A stretch of DNA of 64,000 nucleotides from Camelus ferus (Eukaryota): contig NC_045716.1 in assembly GCF_009834535.1 (NCBI RefSeq), positions 14,756,001-14,820,000 on the forward strand, read 5' to 3'. Under the pieces are notes generated by a model. The model had not been told where the DNA came from. It worked only from the letters and a program-made list of their open reading frames with translations, and ran no database searches. The position numbers and the translations under genes are program-made. Below are positions 36,531-49,534 of the stretch, in pieces. Within the stretch, counting starts at the first letter, position 1. Every line of letters begins with the position of its first letter.

Positions 36531-38569
36531 CCCCTCATACCTTCATTCATTTAGAACGCTGGGTTCAGATCTGCCCATGAACTCTGTGTATCCTACCCGA
36601 GTAGTGTGTCCTCCAGAGCGGCTTCCCCTGAGCAGGTGCTCTTGAGAGGTCTTTCGCTTCAGCTGTTTCCACTTATCTTTTTGTTCTCCAACGAATACCT
36701 CTCTCTCAAACACTCAGACTATTCAGGAATAAATGGGAAAGTCTAGAGTATTTGACATTTTAACATATAAAGAAAGAGCAGGAGTTGGGGAAGGCAATTC
36801 TTATTCGATGTTTTTTTCTTCCCAAGGCTTAGCACGCAGAGGTCCATTTAGATGGATACAAGGTGAAATCAAAGAACAACACACACCACCTGCCCATAGG
36901 GTGGAAGTGATGCTGAGAACTTAAGGACAACAGAGATAAGATCTAGACGTGAACAGTCTTGCTTGTGCTCTCAAATGGCTTGAAAGCCTGTGATACGACT
37001 CATCTAAATACTAGAGGACAGAGTGACTTAAAACATCAGTAAGGTGGGTCAGCTGTATGAAAAGGGAAAAGGAAGAGTCAGGAAATAGTAGACACTGAAC
37101 AACTGCCACTTAAGTTGTTGGAAAATTAAAGAGCCAGCCTGAAGTTTCCAACACCCCTCGCACCGCTATACAGTTACAGAGCCCTATGAGGAACAAGATA
37201 CTAGACAGCCAAATGAAGATAGATCCCAGCTCTTAAAATTCAAAAATGAAACCAGAGAAACTCTTGAGGGACAAAAGGAGAACTGACAGAGCAGAGCTGC
37301 TCAAGGGAGTGAAAATTAATGGCAGTAAAGCTGGTTTTATGAGACAGAGCGAGAAGACCGTCGAAGCCCAAGGTAAGCAGCACTGGTTATGTCCATGGTG
37401 GGAAAGAGAGCTTTCCTTGCGTTAGAAACGCTCCTGGAAAAGGGACTGTCTACATAGTAAGTTCAGAATTACAACATCCTCTGTGGAAATCAGAAAGAAG
37501 CTTGGAAAAAAGTAAGAAACAGAGTAACGATTCGAGCTTGTAGGGAGTGACTTCAGTGAGCCACTGTGAGAACGGGGTGGCTGAATCAGGCACACTGGCA
37601 GAAGAGGAAGGGATGGAGTAAGACAAGGATTTGAAAAGTATTAAGATGTCACGCATGCAGGGCTTAAAAAAAATCCTCATTATTATCCTCTCAGAACAGG
37701 CACACCTTCAGAAAAAGGACAAGGTGAGCACAGCAGAGAAGCACGATTTCAAGTTTTACGTGCATTTGATGAAAAACACTGAAGTGAATCTACAATAATT
37801 CTGATGAAGGCTTGGCCATATTCTTGATGACAGTAATCTCCCCACTCTGAGTGCTGATGGATGAGAATTCTTCTCCAGGCATTCAGGAGTCCTGTACCCT
37901 TCCAGTGCCCGGGCAGTTCCCAGCCTATGAGTCCAATTAACCCTAGGAGTGACAAACAGACATCCTGGATTTTCAGAGGCAGAACTAATTTAAATCAACC
38001 TCAACTTTCTCCATAAGTACAGCAGCTCTTGTTCATGTATCCTGACGGCGGACCAGGAAATACGGTCATCTTATCTGCAGGGCTGAAGCTTAGAGACTTT
38101 TCATTTTCTGCTGCTTCTTCTCTACCACCCTCTCTCTCGCCCAGTTCAGCTGTTTCCNNNNNNNNNNNNNNNNNNNNNNNNNNNNNNNNNNNNNNNNNNN
38201 NNNNNNNNNNNNNNNNNNNNNNNNNNNNNNNNNNNNNNNNNNNNNNNNNNNNNNNNNNNNNNNNNNNNNNNNNNNNNNNNNNNNNNNNNNNNNNNNNNNN
38301 NNNNTGTTGTCTTTGTCCTCCTTTTCTCCCTGAAACCCTGTTCCCTGCTAGGCGGTCTTGCTGGTCTGCAGAATGGGGCTGGCAGAATATCTGTCACCTC
38401 ACTGCAGTCACTTTTTGCTGACAGTATTCGCTTCCTCTGAAAAACTAAACAAAACATTTTCTTCTTCAGTTGAGAGCCTTACTTCACCTACATACATGCC
38501 CAAATCTTTCCTGAGCCTACACAATTACGGACTTTCATATAACCTTCTGCAACTGTCCCCTCCTAGGGG

Positions 38570-38605
38570 TAATAATAATAATAATAGTAATAATAATAAT
38601 AATAA
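38570..38605 (+). repeat. (AAT)n microsatellite
   Basis: Direct reading; one interruption. Confidence 0.9.
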
Positions 38606-38979
38606 TTTGCTCCCAGGGAGCAAATCCTGGGGTTGGTGATCCAGTCACCTCCTCTGAAGGGTTTATCAGATGCTGGCAGAAGGTACTGCCAGGATCCAGC
38701 AGCGTGTGATCGCAGGAGTGGGCTCTGCGGGGTCCTTCCCAGCTCCCAGCATCCAGGGGACTCTCACTTCCTTGGGTTCCTCTGACACTGCTTTCCTAGC
38801 CCCACAGGAACCCCTGACGAAGGGTCCCAGCCCCTTCCCTAACTGGAACATTGGGCATTACTGACTAGTGACCATCTCACAGGGCAAGCAAAAAGCAGCT
38901 CCCATTTCTGTTCTGTTTCTGTTCTCCAACCCTGCCCTCCCTGGGAATCTGACCATTCAATTTCGGGCTTTAAGTGGCA

Positions 38980-39210
38980 GCGTCTGATTGGTGAATCGCT
39001 GAGAGCACGTTAGAGAGGGCTGGTCCCTTTGAGCAGACTCTCTGCGTATCTGTGCTGCGGTGGAAGCAGGTTGAAAATGCGAGCCCCGGGGCGGGGGCCC
39101 CTGGGTGGGTGGCAGCATCTCAGAAGCGGCCCGTTACCTTAGCAACGCGGAAGCTCTGGGGCGGGGCCTGCAGTTCCGCGGAGCGCGGAGCCGGGAGTGG
39201 ACCCCGGAAT
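38980..39210 (+). promoter_or_regulatory. Orphan CpG-rich promoter with RFX X-box
   Basis: Inverted CCAAT (ATTGG 38987-38991), GC boxes 39088-39097 and 39158-39167, X-box GTTACCTTAGCAAC 39133-39146, ETS core CGGAAG 39148-39153, Inr-like GCAGTTCC at ~39170, retained CpGs. Confidence 0.7.
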
Positions 39211-39859
39211 GCCAGGGACAGTGACCTCAGTTTCTTCAGCAAGCTTTTCCAGATTGACAGGAGAGATAGGATAGCCTCGACTGCCTCATTTCTGTCACTT
39301 TTATTCTTATTTGTCAACCTCAAAGTAAAAATCCACTTGCTTTGGCATGGGGATAAGAAATACTTTTATTTTATGGGTCAAGGTACCTGTTGAAAAAAAA
39401 CGGTGAAAACGTTGTCAGCCAGCCCTTTCTTATTTGCATACGTCATCTGTGAGAAAGCCAGGTTCTCTGCTTGTTTTTTATATGCTTGCCGGACATTTAT
39501 ATTTCTTCCCACGTAGAGAGATTGCATCGCGAATCCCCGCCGTATTCTCAGATACGTTAACAGATGCAGAAAGAATAAAGGAATATACTGAAGTCACTCA
39601 GAGTGGGATTGGAGTCGGCCAGTGTTAGCGACATTTACCCACCATATGGGTTTACCCACCATGCCTAATCGCCTTGGTTTAACCATAAAAGACTGCTTTT
39701 TCTTCTCAGAGGTGGAGGGAACTCATGGAGAAGATGAGGAGTAAGCAGACAAAAAGGAAAGTGGGATCATGTACCAGGCATTCCTGGATACCCTCAGTGT
39801 AGACCAATTTCCCTCTCTCAAATAGTTTTAATTTTATTTTTATGTATGTATGCAATTTC

Positions 39860-40105
39860 TTCCTTTTTTCAAATTAAGATTTTATTTTTAAAGAGCAGTT
39901 TTATGTTCACAGTAACATTGAGGAGCAGAGATTTCCCATGTACCGCCTGACCCCAGACATGCCTAGCACCCCCCATTATTCACCAGAGTGGTACACACAC
40001 TTATAATTGATGAACAATGTTACCTTGACACATCATCGTCACCTAAAGTTTATAGTTTATTGCACAGTTCACTCTCGGTGTTGTACATTCTGTGGGTTTG
40101 GACAA
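39860..40105 (-). mobile_element. L1MC1/2-type 3' fragment
   Basis: gagcagttttatgttcacag...caccagagtggtac...ggtgttgtacattctgtgggtttggacaaat. Confidence 0.7.
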
Positions 40106-40407
40106 ATTATGTACAGATTTTAGTAAATAACCCCAAAGTATTTTGATCTAAGTTTGTGAAATAGCAGGTTAATAGCTGGTTGATCCCAGTTTGGAATTTA
40201 AAAGGAAGAAGAAGAAAAAAGGAGAAATATGACTATTAGGTAATGTACTGGTTTTCTTATATAGCTTTGAAGATATTTCCAAGAGGAATTCCCTAGACAT
40301 TCTGAGCAATGTAGTCATGTCACCTGGAAGTAGACATATGGCTTCCCATGGGGGATCCTTTGAAAAGAGATCCTCATTTGGAGATATATATATATAGTTT
40401 TTTTTTT

Positions 40408-40502
40408 AAAAATATGAATTTGTGTGTCATCCTTGTGCAGGTGCCATGCTAATCTTCTCTTTATTGTTCCAGTTTCAGTATATGCGCTGCTGAATTGAGC
40501 AC
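40408..40502 (-). pseudogene. U6 snRNA retropseudogene
   Basis: Reverse complement gtgctcaattcagcagcgcatatactgaaactggaacaataaagagaagattagcatggcacctgcacaaggatgacacacaaattcatatttt aligns to U6 with about ten substitutions and a 12-nt deletion near the 3' end; A10 tail at 40398-40407; no PSE/TATA seen upstream. Confidence 0.95.
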
Positions 40503-42663
40503 TGGATGTATATATTCTGGTTATCAAAATTTGTCCATGTGTCTCTTTTTTTGCTCCCTCTCTTCCATCTTTGTCTCATTTTCACAAAGGATTTGGGGGC
40601 ATGGCTTAATAGATTCATTTCAATTAAGGCTGCTTTGAAATGTGAAACTGTATCAATATGGACTGTATTACTATTATTTTAGGCATTATCAAATCATTAC
40701 CAAAATTCTTAGTTATCACTGACGACATCCTGTAGTACTATAGATATGCTACTGAAAAATTATGTAGCTCAAAATTGAAAATGTTGGACAAAATATTTTC
40801 CTGTTGACTTTGAATTGTTATTTGAGAAGCATTAAAGTTTTAAAAAAAATTTCTGCCACTTTGAAATCAGTAGGCATTCCTAATTCTCTCTTTAAACTTT
40901 TCTAGCACCCATGTTATTATTGAAATGTATACATTGAACCACATGGGATTGTCAGCATTTTGATTTTATTTGGTGAAAACAGTGAAGTATTGGATATTTC
41001 ATGTGACTCAACTTACTATCTGGATAAGAAAAATTTCATTTAAAATATTGAAGTTAATCCTTTTTTGATATAAATCACAACCTTCTAATGTATTGATTTT
41101 ATAAGTTAAGATTTTATATGTTGGGTTTCCTTACAGCGGGACTCATTTAAATTTTACCAGACTTTTCTGTTTTGCACATGTGTGGTATGATACCCTGAAT
41201 AGAAATTCAGGAATCTAAGGGCAACTGGAAACCTTTCAGCACATGTCTTTCGCAGCATTAACCACAATCCTCCCTGACAAGTTGGAGGTTACTGACTTTG
41301 AAACATAGCCAGTTGCTGAGAACCCAGGGTATAGTCTTTCTGTGACCCCTAAAAACTGGCCTGTTTCCTATTAATGATTTTTTGTTTTGTTTGAGGCACG
41401 TTACGGTCCAGTTTCCTGGTTAATTTCCAGATCTTCTGCCATTCTTCTCATACAAGTCATTTTGTTTGTGGTGGGTCTTACCAAAGGACACCACGTACAG
41501 AAAAGGGGCTTCTGGAAATTATCATGTTTCAGCAACAAAATTGTTGAAACATCTGACTATCATTTACAGCCAACATCTCTGGTCTCGTCCATGGAAAATA
41601 TCACACATAGCAGAGAAAATTGAGAAGAGCTGGCAAAAGATATCTGTTGAGTTTGCATCGTGCGCTGTTCAAATGGGTTCCTAGGAGACCTCAGACCAAG
41701 GCCATTTTTAAACTTCAGTTTAACTCTTTGGGTCTGTTCCTTTCTGCAGAGAGCCGAAGGTCAGAGTCTGGTTTTGAAGGTGAACTTGAGAAATCAATTA
41801 GTCCATCCTCTACCTGCTGACCCTGGAAACTCAGCATCATGATGGTCGTAGAGCCTGTCTCCAAGGCAAAACGAGGCTCTTCAAAATTCTTGGGCAGGCA
41901 GGCAGGCAGCGTTCCTGTGGGTGCTCACCCTTGCTGACATGTTCTAGTCCCAAGTCACCCCTGAGTGGAGGTAACTCCATGTGGTTTGGACCAATGGTTT
42001 GTCATTCATGGGAGCCATTGACTGAACTGGTTCTTTAAATCCCTTTTGAATATGTCCTATCTTTAAGGGTCCATTGGCTTGTAGATTTCTCTAGCGCCAT
42101 TTTTCCAGGGTTGTTTTTGATGAGATAAGTAAAACCCGGCGAGAAATTGAGGTAGCCTGGAATTGAGCCTTGGAGGTTGAATTGCTTTAATCTTGGATGC
42201 GACACAATAAGATTTCCATGCATTTTAAAAGAGCTGAACTAGATAGGGGGTGAGAAGATTCCACAGCCTTAGGAACACACTTCTGAGTGGAACAGCAATG
42301 GTTCTACTTTCTTTAACGTAAGAATGTGAAGTTCTTTGTTAAGCCTGATAGGTCTTCTATGTATATGCTTCTAGTATGTAAATTATACTGTTATTAATGT
42401 AATCAGTAGGGTAAAAGCTTTGGGATGATTAGGGAACAATTCGGTCACCTGTACATACAGCCAGAGAAAATCAAGCTTCATTAGTTTCTCCATGATGTGA
42501 AACTCCTGGTTTATAATCACAGTTGTCTTAACTGAATCTCAGCTGGCAGTTTTCTGTCCATCAACTAAGGAAGGAATAGATTTTGTTTCATATCCATGAT
42601 CTTGTTCTAATTAACGTATGAAATGCCTTTATTTATGAAAGCATGTTTGCATGACTTTAAAAC

Positions 42664-42985
42664 AGTGCTCTCTAATAGAAATAAAGTGTTATCCTTATAT
42701 GTAATCAAATTTTTTTCTAGTAGTCCCACAAAAAGGTAAAAAGAAACAGGTGAAATTAACTTTAACCCTACACTTTGTTTAACCTAATATATCCAACAAT
42801 AGTACCACATCACCATGTAATCCATATAAAGATCACTAGTGAGATAGTTTATATTTTTATTTTTGTAGGACGTCTTAGAAATCTAGTGTGTATTTTACAC
42901 GTACAGGGTATGTCAGTTTAGAATAACCACATTCCAAGTGCTCAACCACCACTTGTTGTTAGTGGCTGTTGAATTGGATAGCACA
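42664..42985 (+). mobile_element. MER33 (hAT-Charlie) DNA transposon relic
   Basis: cagtgctctctaatagaaat...aaggtaaaaagaaacaggtgaaattaa...ttggatagcaca matches MER33. Confidence 0.75.
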
Positions 42986-43734
42986 TCCGTAAACTGCTAC
43001 TGGATCTGTAGTTAAGCAGAGGATTTTAAAGGGGAAAGAGGGATGGGGCAGGAGAGAGAGAGAGAGTGAAGAAAAGAGTCCCTTCCTTGATACAGAGAAT
43101 CCAGAGCACCAGATTTCCCAGGGACATGCATCCTTCTGTTCAACATTTCAATTTTAAAACCGAAAGCACCAACTTCCGTTATCTGACACCCCAGCAGGAC
43201 ACCGTGATCAAAACAAGAAAACCACCTTATGGGCTCAATGTCTGCCCTACACAAATTTGAGAAGTGAGAACAGGTGGCTTCTGGCTGGTAGAATGAGAAT
43301 GGACTTTGGGAAGAGGACAGACAGACCTGACTTCAGCCCTGTTGTGGCTGAGCTGTGAGCTTATGCAAATCTGTAGCCTCTCTGGCCCCTCCCACTCTAG
43401 TAATGAGCCCGGAAGTGCCAGTCCAGCAGGATTTTAGTGGGGATTAAATTAGATACATCACGCGAAGTTGCCTAGTTCAGTCAGTGTGTGGTGTACTGGA
43501 GATCAGTCTACCGGGGCTGTTATCTTCCCTTCCTCCAGCTATTTTTCTAATTAGGGCCACTTTGTCCAACCGTTCTTGCCTTTCACTCTCTTTTAGGGTT
43601 TGAACTGATTTCCTACTCCAGTTCCCAGAACCTCAGTTTCTGCTGCAGCCCCTGCTCACAGGCCTACTGTAATTGTGATTGTGTTGTAAATATAAAAGCC
43701 TTATTGTCAAAGCACCAGTACTAATGATTTAAAC

Positions 43735-43825
43735 ATTCGATATGTATATGTAGGAATGAAACGTTATGTTGTACACCAGAAACTGACACAGCATTGTAAA
43801 CTGAGTACACTTCAATAAAAAAAAA
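43735..43825 (+). mobile_element. Very short L1 3' tail
   Basis: ttatgttgtacaccagaaactgacacagcattgtaaactg...cttcaataaaaaaaaaa. Confidence 0.75.
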
Positions 43826-44926
43826 ATTCAGCTACTGCCCATTCCAAATTCACGTGAAATGTTCCGTTTAATCACTCCAAATTTGGTGAAAAGACCAGTT
43901 GCACTTTTATTTTTGACCGATGGGTGGCACCATTGTCTAAGTCACTGCTCTCTGAGCAGGCTGATTCTTCAGTTTCCTTTTTTGTTCTTTTATCTATGGT
44001 TCATTCCCTCGATCTGGAAGAGAGCTTTCATCAAAAAGTCTAGGACACTGGAATACAATATCAGCCCCCAAAGTGCTCGAGGAAGCCCAGGACACAGAGC
44101 TGCTGTCCTTTCGGACACTTGGGGAGACAGCTCAGGTCCGAAGTCAAGGTGCCCATTGTGGGTGGGTCTGGCGCAAGGGGCGTGGGAGAGTGATGGCGGG
44201 ATGAAATGCTTTCCAGCAGGTGGTCACCAAAGGACCAGGTGTGGGGAAGGAGAGGGTAGAGCGGCTGACCCTAACAGACTGCATGAAAACTGTAAGAGCC
44301 TTCATGAACAGGAGGCTGCTGATAATTATCAAATGCTGGCCTAGCAGGGTCACTGTAATAACTCAGAAGTAATTTTCTTACCCTCACCCCCATTTAGTAG
44401 GACCTGTCATCTTTGAATTAGAAGAATGTGCTTAAAAATTATTCTTTTTTTTTTTTTTAATCTTATTAACTGGAATTTATCCCCTACCCTGGTCCTCAAA
44501 ACCCAATGCAATGACCATTTGGCACTCTGAATGATCATCTTTAGACATGACATTACTCAACTACCTGAATTAAAGAAAGTCCAATCATATTTGCAGACTT
44601 CAACTTCTTTCAGGCTTTCCTTCAAATTTCCTGATTTTTATCAGATGACTGATTTGATATGGATCAAGAGATTAACCAGAAAACATTTAGAGAATGCAGG
44701 AAAGCACCAAGGAGAAAACAGAAACCACCCATTAGCTTGGAAAGATAGATATCTTGAAAAATAAGATAGAAAAACTATTGTTTATTGTTCCAGAGATATG
44801 GACTAAACCAGAAAAACTTTTGAATTGTATGATTATGAATTTTATGATTAACCATGCTGACAAAAACAAAAGGCTGAAACTCCTTGGATTGTCTTATTTT
44901 GTTTGATTATTCAGCTATTCATTTAT

Positions 44927-45051
44927 TTTATTTTTTTGGCAGAGGAGGTAATTAGGTTTAGTTATTTATTTTAATGGGGTATTGGGAATTGAACCCAGGA
45001 CCTCATGCATGCTAAGCATGCACTCTACCACTGAGCTATGTCCCTCCCCAC
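44927..45051 (-). mobile_element. Camelid tRNA-derived SINE (Vic-1 type) with 15-bp TSD
   Basis: Same body as 5890-6030; TSD CAGCTATTCATTTAT at 44912-44926 and 45052-45066. Confidence 0.85.
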
Positions 45052-45059
45052 CAGCTATT

Positions 45060-47130
45060 CATTTATGTATTAAAACACTGAAGAACCTGCTAAGTGCTGT
45101 CTATATACTGTGCTAGATTGAGGGGTGGGAGAGAGAGTTGAGCCATAAGACAAGGTCCTTGCTTGTAAGCTCCTTACAATTTACTGGAGAAGAGAGACAA
45201 GCAAATCAATAATTCCAGTGTGGTAACTGCCACCATAGGGGAGCATACTTTTTTACAGAAGCAGAAAGAAAGGCATCTAACTGCCCACTGGCAGCCAGGA
45301 AAGGATGAACAGGGAGGTGACACGAGCTGAGTATTTAAAGGCAAATAGGAATTGTCTGTACTGGGCCTAAGCAGTTGGAAGAAGGACATTCAGGCAGAGG
45401 AAGGAAATATGCAAAGACGCTTGTGTTTGATTGGTTGGTGTTTGTGAGGGATGGCAGTTACCTTGGTCTGAAGCTGGAGCAGAATATGTGAGTGTACTTA
45501 CTGGGAATAGAAGGAGTGGTGGGAAGTGAGCTTGGACAGAGAAGCTGGAGTGTAATAATGATGGGCCTTTTATGCTACATTGAGTTGCTTAGAATTTTAT
45601 CTTACAGGATTTGATGGCAGATGGATGTGGGGAGTAGGAGAGTGAGAGAAATATGAGATGATTCCCAGGCTTCTAATTTAGATGATCGGATGAATGTTTG
45701 TAACACAGAAGAGGGGCAGGATTGCGGGAGGTGAGAAAGATGATGAGTTCACGTTTGGACCTCGGGGCATGCTGCCCAAGTGACAGCTGCCTCTATGGAT
45801 CTGGCCATCAGGAGGGAGATCTAGATTTCCAGTTACAAATTTTGGTTAATAATAATAACCGTTTACCGAGGGCTTCTTATGTTGCCAAATTTTCTATTAA
45901 CCCTTATGTTAAATCCTCTTTCACAACCCTGTAACCACATTTTGCAGATAAGAAAGATCCAGGTACATGACTTGTCCCACATCACATGTCCAGCAAATCG
46001 TGGAGCTGGGATTTGAGGCCGGGCTGATTCCACAACCTGTATGCTCAGTCATTGCCTTCTACAGAGTCATCAACATGGAGGTGTGGTTAATTCATGGGCA
46101 AAGATGAGACACTCAGGGACAGGATATAGAATGAGAAACGGACTGAGGAACACAGTCACTGTAGGACATGTAGTAGAAGAGAGTCTTGTAGAGCCTTGGA
46201 CAGCGTTGCCACAGGGGAAGGTGGAAAACATGGAAAGGATATTGTCCAGAAGCCCAAGAGGAGAATTTTGAGGAGGGAGGGGTCAACAGTGACCAATACC
46301 ACAGAGGTAAAGTAAGACATGGACTGAATGGAAACTTGGGGTTTGTCTCTCTGTGTCTTCCTGTTACCAGCCCCACATTTCCAGCTGATGACCAAACACA
46401 GTAAGCACCTAGGTGTTCCACAGTCTTTGTCACCTTCTAAGTTCTGTTTCTGTTGATAATATTGCTATCTTCTCAGGCATCCAGAACGCACACTTTGGGG
46501 TGATCTTGGATGTCCTTGTCCCACATGACCACCAATGACCAAATCCTGTTGGCCTTAACTCGATGACATGTCTCTTGTCGACCCCTTCCTTTTCATGCCC
46601 TCACGGATAACCCAGTTCTTTGCTTTTTACCCACACCGTTGTATTTCTATCCTGATTTGTCTTCTTGCCTCTGGTTGTATCCTCCTCTAATCTACCTTGC
46701 GCACGAGTCCTTCTGAAATCTCACCACGCCACTCCCCAGCTCAGGAACCTTCGGTGGCTCTTCATTATTTACAATATTAATTCCAAATTGTGACTGAAGG
46801 CCATCCGTGGAATAGCTCTAGCTTGTTTTTTTTCCAGTCTTTCCCCCCACGGACTTTGTGCCCTGAAGCCTCTTTTCCAGCCAGACTGAAAAATGTCTTG
46901 TTTCCAGTGTTTTGCCTCCTTAGATCTGTTATTGCTCAGGCCAGTCCTTCCACCTGCATGCACTTTCCTTCCATCTTTCAGGTTCAAATCTCACCCATCC
47001 TTCTAAGGTCATCTGAAATATTATTTTCTTGGTGAAGCTTTTCTTGATCCCTTCTACTGGAAATCATTTCAGCCTTCTCTGAATTCACATGAGTATGGCA
47101 CTTCACCTGTACCTTTCTTAGGGCAATTAA
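45060..47130. mobile_element. Cluster of L2 fragments with a MIR (~45850-46040)
   Basis: Reverse L2 3' end from 45060, purine-rich L2 body to ~46330, forward L2 piece ~46430-47130. Confidence 0.55.
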
Positions 47131-47498
47131 TGCTTTCTACCTTATATTATGGGTTTAAAAAAAATATGTGTCTTGACTTCGAGTTTTGCCTTAGAAGTCA
47201 GTCTTATTTCTTAGCTATTTTTCTAGTCTTCATCTTGCTTATCACTTATGGGTGTTTATATGTAGGAGGTTTGTTTTGTTGCGTATTTATTTATTGACTG
47301 AATGGATGGATAGCTGACATCACTGTCAGGATCTGTGCAGTCTCTAGATATTTCCTTCTCAATCATCTCTTTGGACTGAGCCTCCTAAGTGCCCTGCCCT
47401 CTCAGCTGGATGTTACAGACTCATAGCTTAGGTTTGGGAAAAGTTAATTTTGAGTAATGTTCATGAGTGCAATAGAAGGCTTAGGTAGATATTTGATT

Positions 47499-47686
47499 TT
47501 TGGGGGGGTAGGGTGGGCTAATTAGGTTTATTTATTTTTTATTTTTAGTTTTATTTACTTTATATATATCTATTTTATTCTTTATGTTATTTATTTATTT
47601 TTTAACGGAGATACTGGGGATTGAACCCAGGACCTCATATATGCTAAGCAGGCACTCTACCCCTGAGCTATACCCTCCCCCCTACC
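47499..47686 (-). mobile_element. Camelid tRNA-derived SINE with 12-bp TSD and expanded A-rich linker
   Basis: Same body; TSD AGATATTTGATT at 47487-47498 and 47687-47698. Confidence 0.85.
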
Positions 47687-49534
47687 AGATATTTGATTCC
47701 TGATACATGCTCTAAAGAACTACATTTTCCTATTTGGGGAAAAATATGCTGTTCTCTAGGGGCATCTCAACATCTGGTCTGGTTATTCTTGTGATGTTTC
47801 ATGTGATTTCCCTCCACAGTCATGATGTTTAGAGTATGTCTTTGATGGTAGGTAAATATTAAGGGAAAAGGAAAAGTTGCTCGTCTTGGGGATGGCATCC
47901 TGTATCCCTTGGAAATACCTTCATGTTTGGTGACTGTATAACATTTCCAAGTTTTCCCTTGACTCAGATAGAACCAGATTAGAGAATTAGGAACCACAGC
48001 CAGGACACGGGGCTCAGTTTGGTGGTGCCTGCCTGTCTTGCTTGTGAAATTCAATCTGGAGTGTGGAATTTCCATAGCTGAACCTTCCATCCTGCACAGG
48101 TCTCTTTGGCTTTCTCTAGCCTTTGAGGGTATTTTCCTCTTTAGCCACAAGTGGAAGCGCTGCTTGTTAAGCAAAATGAAGGAGAACTCAAAGGACGGAT
48201 CAATGGAAAATGCCTCATGGTGTTCTGTTTATTTGGGTTTCAATGTCAAGTTTAAGCCTATAATTTGATCATACAATCAGTTGGAGCTCTTAGTCTGTTA
48301 CCAGCTTGGGCAGAGCTAAATTCCTCCTTGAAAATGGAATCCAGGTTTTGTTACCTCCTTTTAAGCTGCTGTTTTTGATAATCTAAGGGGAAACTCACAT
48401 AAAGAGAAAGTTATTCAGATTTGTGAGCTCTCCAGGGTAGACCAGCTGTTTGAGTTTGTGTATCCTACAGAGGACAGCATATCTTCATTAGAGAAGACCA
48501 CGGGAGTTAACTTTGTTGCTGGTTATCTGCCTGGTATGGAAGCTGGCAAAGAGAGCAATTCAATAGTCTTTAAAAATCTCTTCCCAGCTGCTTCTCCCTG
48601 TTCTTTCTTATCCATCTTCCTCTTTCTATCCAGTGATGGACAGTGAACAAGGTAAATGTCATATCTTCATTAAAAGGTGCGGTCCCTCCAATGCTGGGGG
48701 AGCGGAGAGTAGGAGAGACACCTGACCCCTACTGCCCTTCTTGAGTAGGTGCGACAGGAGCGGTCTGGTTCTCCCTCCACCTGGCCCGTCGGTACCCATA
48801 TCCCAAATGTTAAGCTCAAAGATAAAGAGGATCCTGGTGCCACGTCTGTTGGTTTGCACATCACTTTCTTTCACTTTCCCTTTCTTTGTGTACCTTTTTA
48901 CCCAATCTGGCTGACTCACCTCGACGCCTTCCCACATGGAACCTAAAGGGATTACTTTGGAATCATTTTCACTGGAAATCAGTGGATCCAAATGTGCTCA
49001 CATTTTTTTCATCTCTTACTTTAGGAGGCATAAAATTGGTATTTTTGCGTAAGTACTCTGGTGACTTTTCCTTAATTCTTTGTTCCTTTGGTCCTGGGTT
49101 CTACACACTTTTCCCTTCTAATTTAGCTCTCTTGTAAACTGTGTCAAAAGTTTTTGCTGCTGTTCATTAGAAGCTTGGAGGTGGGAGAGATTTTGAGTCC
49201 TGTAACTAAAGTTTAATAGGAGTCTGTTAAAAAAGGGATCAGATCAGAAGTGTCTGTTGTGCTATGGGTAGCTGAGGTTTGCAAATTTCATGTGGAGTCC
49301 GGGGCTGAGAATTAAAAATTTGGATTTCAAATTGATGGTCTTAAGATTCTGGATTCCATTTTATGGAGTGCACCAAAACAGGTTGGCAGAATCAGGTGGC
49401 TCACTACATAGGGAAAGGGAACTAATTTTTGAGATTCTAGCCCAGATTGTGGAGAATCGTGTTCAGGGAGCGCTTTATAGTTTACTTGTTATTCCTTATG
49501 ACAAAAGATGTTTTCTTTCTTTCCTTTTTTTAGT

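Noticed and set aside
43859-44344. 161-aa plus-strand ORF
   Set aside because: No homology recognised and non-coding composition.
44939-45050. tRNA-like A/B boxes
   Set aside because: SINE head with AT-rich tail and TSD, not a tRNA gene; same for the other two copies.
48659-48991. FELNIWDMG resembling the ARL2/3 small-GTPase LNIWDxGG motif; GATGA resembling NDUFA4 on the other strand
   Set aside because: Similarity limited to 5-8 residues; flanking family motifs absent.
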